From assembly GCA_963765495.1 (NCBI GenBank), contig CAVXWP010000007.1:1-64000 (forward strand): a DNA stretch of 64,000 nt. The letters run 5' to 3'. A model generated the notes under the pieces. That model searched no databases and was not told the origin of the DNA. It was given only the letters and a program-made list of their open reading frames with translations. This stretch comes from Blastocatellia bacterium (GTDB lineage Bacteria > Acidobacteriota > Blastocatellia > UBA7656). The position numbers and the translations under genes are program-made. Shown here piece by piece: positions 57,823 through 64,000 of the stretch; the stretch's first letter is position 1; each line of letters starts with the position of its first letter.

Positions 57823-57940
57823 AATAGGCCGGGACGGCCGCGGATGCGGCGGATTAGCGCGGATTAGACCTTATATGATCAGATCCGCATATGATCAGAT
57901 CCGCGTAGATCCGCCGCATCCGCGGCCGTCCCGGCCTATT
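57823..57940. repeat. 118-bp palindromic element with perfect 32-bp terminal inverted repeats (REP/MITE-like)
   Basis: aataggccgggacggccgcggatgcggcggat ... atccgccgcatccgcggccgtcccggcctatt; internal 16-bp tandem duplication atatgatcagatccgc. Confidence 0.88.
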
Positions 57941-58292
57941 AAGGCAAGCCTCGCACTCAAATTATGGGGCTATATGATCTATATCGTCTCTATCTGAATA
58001 AAGCACAACCGGCACTAGAAGTGCCGGCCTATATGCCCTTCGGGAAAGCCCGATAAAACGGGCTGAATCAATCGTCAACTCAAAAAACATTTTCCTGCCG
58101 CCTGACATTAGTTGTTTTCTTTCGCTCTCGCTCATCTGAGATCTCAAATCTCAAGAGAACCGATATGGGCCTTTCGCGTTTAAGGATTGGAAGGGCTTTT
58201 TGCCGTTGCCTTTCTTTTGGAACCGAAAAAAATTCTCAACGCTTTTCACCGATCAAGAGTAGTTATAAGTGTAGAAGCTGAAAGGTAGAAAA

Positions 58293-58943
58293 ATGGCTTT
58301 TGAGGTCGCTCGGACTTTCTGGATGACAGACAATTTGAGCCTGCGTGAGGATCTGGCAGAGAGAAAGGATGTTACATTTTCTCTGCTCATCAAACTCGCG
58401 CGCGCGGGCGAAAGCGGGGCCTTCGATCAGATAATGATTCGTCATCAACGCAAAGTCGTATCGCTTGCCTGGCGCGTACTCGGCAACGAAGAGGATGCTC
58501 GCGATGCGGCGCAGGAGACTTTCCTGAGAGTCTATAAATACCTGTGCAAATACGACGAGCAACAGGATTTCGCGGGATGGCTTTACCGAATAACGATCAA
58601 TGTGTGCCGTGACATGGCCCGAAAGCGGAGCCGCAACCCTCTGCTCACTTCGTTTGAAAGCGAGCGAGAGGCCGGAAATCTCGATACGCTCAAAAGCGAT
58701 GCGGACGCGGAGGCGGCTGCCATCCATTCACAGGAACAGGCCATCATTGCGCGGGCGCTCGCCTCGCTCTCTGCGAAAGAACGTGAAGCCATTGTGCTCA
58801 GAGACCTTGAAGGATTGTCTACGGAAGAAGTGGCGCGAGTGCTGGGTTCGAGTCAAACCACTGTGAGGTCGCAGATAAGCTCGGCTCGCGCAAAGATAAA
58901 GCAGTATCGTGACCGCGTGTTGAAGCGCAGGCGACAGGGGTAA
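58293..58943 (+). CDS. ECF RNA polymerase sigma factor
   Basis: Region 2 '[15 protein letters not shown]', '[12 protein letters not shown]'; region 4 '[26 protein letters not shown]'. Confidence 0.95.
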   Translation: MAFEVARTFWMTDNLSLREDLAERKDVTFSLLIKLARAGESGAFDQIMIRHQRKVVSLAWRVLGNEEDARDAAQETFLRVYKYLCKYDEQQDFAGWLYRITINVCRDMARKRSRNPLLTSFESEREAGNLDTLKSDADAEAAAIHSQEQAIIARALASLSAKEREAIVLRDLEGLSTEEVARVLGSSQTTVRSQISSARAKIKQYRDRVLKRRRQG

Positions 58944-58947
58944 TGTT

Positions 58948-59673
58948 ATGAATTGCAGCCGCATCGAAGAATTAATCCCGCTTTACATCGAAGACGACCT
59001 CGACCGTGAAATGAAAGAACTGGCGTGGTCGCATCTGAAAAATTGTTTGACCTGTAGTCGGATGGTTGAAGAATACCGCGAAAGCCAGAGGGCCCTGCGC
59101 CTTTACGGGCCGCCTGATTTTGACGACTCGCTCTTTGAAGATTTGAGAGGCGCGGTCTTAAACAAGATTGAAAAAGGCCGCCCGAGACCTGCGCTCTTTC
59201 AATCATTCTCACAAGTATTTGCGCGGCCACGCAGCGCGAGATTTGCCTTTGCCGCCGCAATCGCATTATTGATTATTTTCGGAGCGATAGCCGCTTACAT
59301 CCATTTTGATAAGATGGATTCTTCGACACGACGAGAGCAAAAAGAGATCGTTCGGCAACACCTCGAACAGGAAGAATCTGCTCCGCCCGCGCCTGAAATC
59401 GCAGATGAAACACCAGCAACAGAGTCTGCTCCGCCCGTTCGAAGAGTGCCGAACAGGCGGCGCAGCGTGAGGCGACCGCCGCGAGAAGAGATCATTTCAA
59501 ATGATGTAGCGACAGCGCGCGAGCCCGAAGAAGAACCAGCCAGTGATACTACGGCTGCTAAGGAACCGCTCAGGATAGAGATTCAAACAAGCGACCCAAA
59601 CATTCGGATAATCTGGTTTGCTTCGCTGGCAGGCGATACAGCCTTGCCCAGACCGATGCCCAGTACAAATTAG
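58948..59673 (+). CDS. Zinc-binding anti-sigma factor (zf-HC2) with one TM
   Basis: 'HLKNCLTC' (HxxxCxxC), TM segment, Pro/Glu-rich linker, C-terminal 'RIEIQTSDPNIRIIWF'. Confidence 0.88.
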   Translation: MNCSRIEELIPLYIEDDLDREMKELAWSHLKNCLTCSRMVEEYRESQRALRLYGPPDFDDSLFEDLRGAVLNKIEKGRPRPALFQSFSQVFARPRSARFAFAAAIALLIIFGAIAAYIHFDKMDSSTRREQKEIVRQHLEQEESAPPAPEIADETPATESAPPVRRVPNRRRSVRRPPREEIISNDVATAREPEEEPASDTTAAKEPLRIEIQTSDPNIRIIWFASLAGDTALPRPMPSTN

Positions 59674-59681
59674 GAGGCTAT

Positions 59682-60506
59682 ATGTTTTCAGTCAGATCAA
59701 AAATTTCAGCAGCGGTAATGTTGTCCCTCATCTGCATGATGACGGCGCGTGCCCAGCAAGCTACGCAGCCGAGCACCCCGGCCCCGGAGGCAAAAGGCCC
59801 CGATTACGTTGAAGAGAAAGGGTTCAAGACCAAAGTTTTTGAAATCAGATTTCGCGATCCGGGCAGTTTTCAAAGCATGTTACAGACGCTCGGCAGCGGG
59901 TTCAAAGGATCTGCGCTGTCGGTCAATCGGGAATTAAGGACAATCACGGCGCGCGACTTCCCGGAAAACCTCGCCGTTATGGAAGATGCAATCAAGCGAC
60001 TCGATGTGCCCGAAGCGCCGCGACCCGACATTGAGTTTCACGTGCATGTGCTCATAGCTTCAAACACAGCATCGGGCACAACCACGTTTCCGCCTGAATT
60101 GGGTGATGTCATCAAACAGTTGCAAGCCACGCTCAGTTATAAGAATTATAGCCTGATGTCTTCTTCGATCCAGCGCGGCAAAGAGGGTATCTCCGGGGTC
60201 AACAATTCCGGACTCTCTGATAGTAAATTGCTTGGTCTGGACGCCAATCAAAGCACGCCCATCTTTTACGGCTATCGGCTCCGGCCTATAATGCTGGAAA
60301 ATTCTGCGAGCGGCTCAACGGTGCATATAGGAACCTTCAGCTTCAATATGAGGTTCCCCATCACGCTCGGCGCGTCGGCTCAGTATGAGAATGTCGGATT
60401 TGAGACTCCGGTCAGCGTGCGCGACGGCGAGAAGATTGTCGTAGGCACTACCACGATGGGAGATAAAGGACTGGTCGTCGTGCTGATGGCGAAAGTTATC
60501 AAGTGA
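59682..60506 (+). CDS. Secreted protein with a secretin-N (NolW-like) domain
   Basis: Signal peptide; '[11 protein letters not shown]...[25 protein letters not shown]'; C-terminal '[14 protein letters not shown]'. Confidence 0.7.
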   Translation: MFSVRSKISAAVMLSLICMMTARAQQATQPSTPAPEAKGPDYVEEKGFKTKVFEIRFRDPGSFQSMLQTLGSGFKGSALSVNRELRTITARDFPENLAVMEDAIKRLDVPEAPRPDIEFHVHVLIASNTASGTTTFPPELGDVIKQLQATLSYKNYSLMSSSIQRGKEGISGVNNSGLSDSKLLGLDANQSTPIFYGYRLRPIMLENSASGSTVHIGTFSFNMRFPITLGASAQYENVGFETPVSVRDGEKIVVGTTTMGDKGLVVVLMAKVIK

Positions 60507-60519
60507 AGAACTGCTTTTA

Positions 60520-60627
60520 GACAGGATAAACAAGATTAGATTGGATTAACGAGATTTAAGAAGAATCTTGTCGAATCCAATCTAATCCTATCCAAGTCTT
60601 TTTCACGCATCACGCACATCACATTCA
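60520..60627. repeat. Nonamer-arm palindrome plus catcacg units between convergent genes
   Basis: acaggataaacaagattagattggatt...aatccaatctaatcct, similar to 34336-34414. Confidence 0.6.
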
Positions 60628-61305
60628 CCCCAAGAACTTATACCCTACTCGATGGATGGTTATTATGAACTGTGGCTCGGTTGGGACGGGTTCGACCTTC
60701 TGACGCAGCTTGGCTATGTGATTATCAACCGTGCGCGTGAGCGGGAAGCAATCATACCCCCACACCTCGTCAAGCAATTGCTCGCGGGTGATCGCCTCGC
60801 CTTTATGCTGGATAAAATACTTCAATATGTCGAACTCGCGGGGCGAGAGTTCTATGGGTTCGCCCGCCCTCGTCGCCTGATAATTTTTGAAGTTTAGTTC
60901 AAGGTCTCCAAGCAGGTACGATTCAAGCTCGACCACCTGTTTGGTCGTGCGGCGAAGATGAGCGCGAACACGCGCAAGCAGTTCCTTTATGCTGAAGGGC
61001 TTGGTCACGTAATCGTCGGCTCCGATTTCAAGCCCTATGATTTTATCAATTTCCTGGCCTCGCGCGGTCAGCATGATTACGGGCGTTTCCACGCCCTTGC
61101 CTCTCAACTGTCGACACACATCAAGCCCGCTCATGCGCGGCAACATGATGTCGAGCAGGATAATGTCGGGTCTGTCGTTGAGCGCGCGGTTGAGCCCGTC
61201 ACGACCATCGCGAGCAACCAGGACATCATAGCCCTCGTATTCGAAATTATCCTGTAGGCCCAGAACCATTCCGGGCTCGTCTTCAATTATTAGCACTCTC
61301 TGCAA
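60625..61305 (-). CDS. OmpR/PhoB-family response regulator
   Basis: 'LDIMLP', 'MLTARG', '[10 protein letters not shown]', '[13 protein letters not shown]'. TTG start at 61305 after a GGAGG SD (ATG 61323 is an alternative). Confidence 0.95.
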   Translation of the reverse strand: MQRVLIIEDEPGMVLGLQDNFEYEGYDVLVARDGRDGLNRALNDRPDIILLDIMLPRMSGLDVCRQLRGKGVETPVIMLTARGQEIDKIIGLEIGADDYVTKPFSIKELLARVRAHLRRTTKQVVELESYLLGDLELNFKNYQATRAGEPIELSPREFDILKYFIQHKGEAITREQLLDEVWGYDCFPLTRTVDNHIAKLRQKVEPVPTEPQFIITIHRVGYKFLG

Positions 61306-63007
61306 TTTCGTAACCTCCGGCATCCAGCCTCAGATCGTCTGTCGCGGGCGCAGTTTGAAGAGCGGGGATCAGTATCGTAAACCGGCTTCCTTTTCCGGGC
61401 GTGCTCTCAACGAGTATCTGCCCGTCATGTGCTTCGGTAATGTGTTTGACCAGAGCGAGCCCAAGCCCCGTACCCTTGGTGTTGTGAACGAGCCCGGCGC
61501 TGACGCGATAAAACTTTTCGAATACTTTGCCCTGTTCCGAGCGCGGTATGCCTATGCCACGGTCGGCCACTTCTATGGCGACCCGGTCCCCGCGCCCGCG
61601 CACCCGAACCGTGATATGTTTGTTCTCTTCCGAATACTTGATGGAGTTGTTGAGCAGATTGAGTACGGCCTGCGATATGGCGTCGCGGTCTATCAGGGCA
61701 AGCGGCACATCGGGCTCTATATCGGTCACAAGCTCGAAGCCCGCGCTTGCGATCTGGTATTCATAACTTCTGATCACATCTTCAACAACCTCGGCCACGC
61801 TTGCCTGAACAAACTCATACTCTTTGCGGCCCGCTTCGATCTTGGCGAAATCCAGAATGTTATTTATGAGTTGAGTGAGACGGCGGCTCTCGTTGTTTAT
61901 GATTCGGTAGTACTCCTGCGCCTTTTCCGGGTTTCTCACTCGCCCAAGCTCAAGCGTTTCGGCAAACAACCGGATGAGAGCGAGCGGTGTCTTGAGTTCG
62001 TGCGAGACGTTTGAGACGAAAGTTGACTTGGCCTGAGCCAGCTTGACCTCGCGGGCCGTCGCCCTGAGCGTCAATATCATCCCTGCGAGCAACAGCAGCA
62101 ACACAGAGAACGTAAGCATCAGGCTCTTTTGAAAATTGTCTTTTGCCAGCGCCTCGATAGTCGTGTCTTTGTATCCGATTGCGAGATACCACTTTGGGAA
62201 GAGCGGGCCGAACCCCATCTTTACTTCATATTCTTTGGCCCCGTCCTTAGTCGCATAGAACTCGTGCCAGTCCTCATACATTATCCCCATTATCAGGTCG
62301 GTATCGTTGCCCTCGGTTTCGGAGTTGCGCAGCATATCGGGGATGATCTCGGGGAAGAATTGAGCCCTCAGGTATTCCTGATTCAGGATCAACCCGGCAA
62401 ATCCCACCGGCTCTTTCTTTGCGGGGTCGAAGAGAGGTGTGAAGATATAGACATCCGAGAAATGCTTTTCCACTCCCTCACAGATCGTAGGGGTCTGCCA
62501 GAATAGAAGCTCCGGTTTTGTCCCCATGGAATTGGAAGAGAGATGCGCGCTTTCATAAGCCTTCATCGCGCCCGTGACGCCGGGGTTTTCTTTGAATTGA
62601 GCGCGCTCGATTCTGCGCGTGCCTTCGGGGGTCGAAAAGATCGCAAACCCCTTCTTGCACGGGCAGTCGATTATCGCAAAGAGTTGCCCGATTTCAGGAT
62701 GAGACTTTCTGAGAGCATCGAGTCTGGTGCTGGCTTCCTCGGGGCATATCCCTTCAATCGTTCTGGGCTCGATTGAGTATAACGAGTCTTTGGCGATGAT
62801 CTTCATATTGCCCGCCACTTTGCGCACTACGCTGTACATCGTCTGGCGGAGATTTTCCTGTATGGCCACCTTGGTCTTGTCTTCGAGATCGACAAGAGAT
62901 CGGTACTGAAAGACCGAAAGTATCGTGGTAGGCAAAAGCACTGCCACGATGGCGAGCATGATGAGTTTCGCTCCCGATGAAAATCTTGGTATTCGCCGTC
63001 TACTCAT
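61283..63007 (-). CDS. Membrane sensor histidine kinase
   Basis: Two TMs with a periplasmic domain, 'VSHELKTPL', '[10 protein letters not shown]', 'DRGIGI', 'GTGLGL'. Confidence 0.95.
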   Translation of the reverse strand: MSRRRIPRFSSGAKLIMLAIVAVLLPTTILSVFQYRSLVDLEDKTKVAIQENLRQTMYSVVRKVAGNMKIIAKDSLYSIEPRTIEGICPEEASTRLDALRKSHPEIGQLFAIIDCPCKKGFAIFSTPEGTRRIERAQFKENPGVTGAMKAYESAHLSSNSMGTKPELLFWQTPTICEGVEKHFSDVYIFTPLFDPAKKEPVGFAGLILNQEYLRAQFFPEIIPDMLRNSETEGNDTDLIMGIMYEDWHEFYATKDGAKEYEVKMGFGPLFPKWYLAIGYKDTTIEALAKDNFQKSLMLTFSVLLLLLAGMILTLRATAREVKLAQAKSTFVSNVSHELKTPLALIRLFAETLELGRVRNPEKAQEYYRIINNESRRLTQLINNILDFAKIEAGRKEYEFVQASVAEVVEDVIRSYEYQIASAGFELVTDIEPDVPLALIDRDAISQAVLNLLNNSIKYSEENKHITVRVRGRGDRVAIEVADRGIGIPRSEQGKVFEKFYRVSAGLVHNTKGTGLGLALVKHITEAHDGQILVESTPGKGSRFTILIPALQTAPATDDLRLDAGGYEIAESANN

Positions 63008-63087
63008 TCAATTTACCAGTATACACCCGGATACGACCGGGTATAACAGGTAAGTCCGGCCCGTATGTAAAAAGTTGTAAACATTAA

Positions 63088-63194
63088 GAGTGATGAGTGA
63101 AGCGTGATGCGTGATTCGCAAATTTTGCGCATGCCTGCAAACGGGGAAACGGCTTTTTTAGGTCACGCATCACGCTTCGTGCACCACGTTTCAC
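63088..63194. repeat. Heptamer-arm palindromic element
   Basis: gagtgatgagtgaagcgtgatgcgtga ... tcacgcatcacgcttcgtgcaccacgtttcac. Confidence 0.75.
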
Positions 63195-63337
63195 CCTCGG
63201 ATACATCTTTTTACATCAGAGAGACAGCTATTGCGAAGACTACGTTCTCACTGCAAACACCAGTACTTTCACGCGGTTGCAGCCGCCTGTCGGGACGTTA
63301 CACATCGGCCAAGTACGGCCCCACACGGGATAACCCG

Positions 63338-63379
63338 GTCACAAAAATGTCACAGCGAGATCACGAAGATGCGTAGAAT
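63338..63379 (+). promoter_or_regulatory. Candidate OmpR/PhoB-type direct-repeat site plus -10
   Basis: GTCACA-N5-GTCACA-N5-ATCACG (11-bp period) followed by TAGAAT. Confidence 0.4.
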
Positions 63380-63620
63380 AAAGTCAAGGACGATATTATC
63401 GCGCGTCTGAGCAGAAAGATTTCTGTCCCTCAGAGATTCCTTGATTAGCTGTAAGCGTTCAATGTGTCGAGCACGAGGCGGGCGGCTTCAAATCGAGCCT
63501 GTTTGTCTGGGGTAGATCAATATTTCGATTCTGATCTGTGCTGTGCTAGGATTTGCCCGATGAGCACTCACGCGAAAGGCAAACAAATAATGCAATCCTC
63601 GTAAATTGGAAATGCAAATC

Positions 63621-64000
63621 ATGTCAAAATACTTTTCATTCAACATCTTGTCTTTGATTGTCTTCTTAGCCCAGGTTGCTTCAGCACAGGCTATCGCTCC
63701 CCATCAATCCGTTGTCACCGTCAAGGAAAACCGGATGATCGTGCTTACTGATATAGAGGCCGATCCAGATGACACGCAAACACTCATTCGGTGCTTACTT
63801 TATTCAAACGTTATTGAAATTCAGGGGCTGATCGCCACCACCTCGGTTCACCAAAAAACCTTCGTCGCACCAGAGTCTATTCGCAAAGTGATTCAAGCCT
63901 ACGGCAAGGTTCAAAGTAATCTCGTGAAACACGACGCAAACTATCCCCAGGCCAAAGCCTTGCTATCGCTTGTAAAACAAGGCTTGCCCATTTATGGCAT
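63621..64000 (+). CDS. Secreted nucleoside-hydrolase-like (DUF1593-type) protein, truncated by the window end; not in the ORF track
   Basis: My translation: MSKYFSFNILSLIVFLAQVASAQ...RMIVLTDIEADPDDTQTLIRCLLYSNVIEIQGLIATTS...; the frame is open to the end of the window. Confidence 0.8.
   Translation, partial: MSKYFSFNILSLIVFLAQVASAQAIAPHQSVVTVKENRMIVLTDIEADPDDTQTLIRCLLYSNVIEIQGLIATTSVHQKTFVAPESIRKVIQAYGKVQSNLVKHDANYPQAKALLSLVKQGLPIYG

Noticed and set aside
58219-58245. Possible ECF autoregulatory promoter (GGAACC...)
   Set aside because: The -35-like GGAAC is present but there is no convincing -10 at a suitable spacing.
63104-63376. 90-aa ORF
   Set aside because: It starts within a heptamer repeat element and has no SD or motifs.

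Overview
A GC-rich bacterial chromosome segment. The gene styles (carboxypeptidase-regulatory-domain TonB receptor with TPR partners, short PheT, many short-unit palindromic intergenic repeats) suggest Acidobacteriota; this is an inference. Left to right: (1) the AT-richer edge of an integrative element with a tyrosine integrase. (2) An expanded Kdp potassium locus: kdpFABC, kdpE, a split KdpD, an extra sensor kinase whose phospho-acceptor His is replaced by Gly, several small membrane peptides, and an APC/KimA-like permease that shares a 4x11-bp KdpE-type box with the kdp promoter. (3) A ~22-kb arabinan utilisation locus: 3x GH51, GH43, GH5, TBDR, TPR proteins and a DeoR regulator. It contains an IMPase-like phosphatase, a plant-ARA1-like kinase, GalE and GalT instead of araBAD, which I propose form a Leloir-type L-arabinose-to-D-xylose pathway (top finding). 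(4) infC(ATT start)-rpmI-rplT-pheS-[unknown Rossmann protein]-pheT-zapB-zapA. (5) A beta-propeller sensor kinase/response regulator pair. (6) An SGNH-MBOAT-SGNH-ACP-KASIII envelope acylation cluster. (7) hpt, an N-terminally extended rpiB, an ECF sigma/anti-sigma/mini-secretin-like trio, an OmpR-type two-component system and a truncated DUF1593-like gene. I saw no rRNA, tRNA or CRISPR array. All family assignments come from motif recognition by eye, not database searches.
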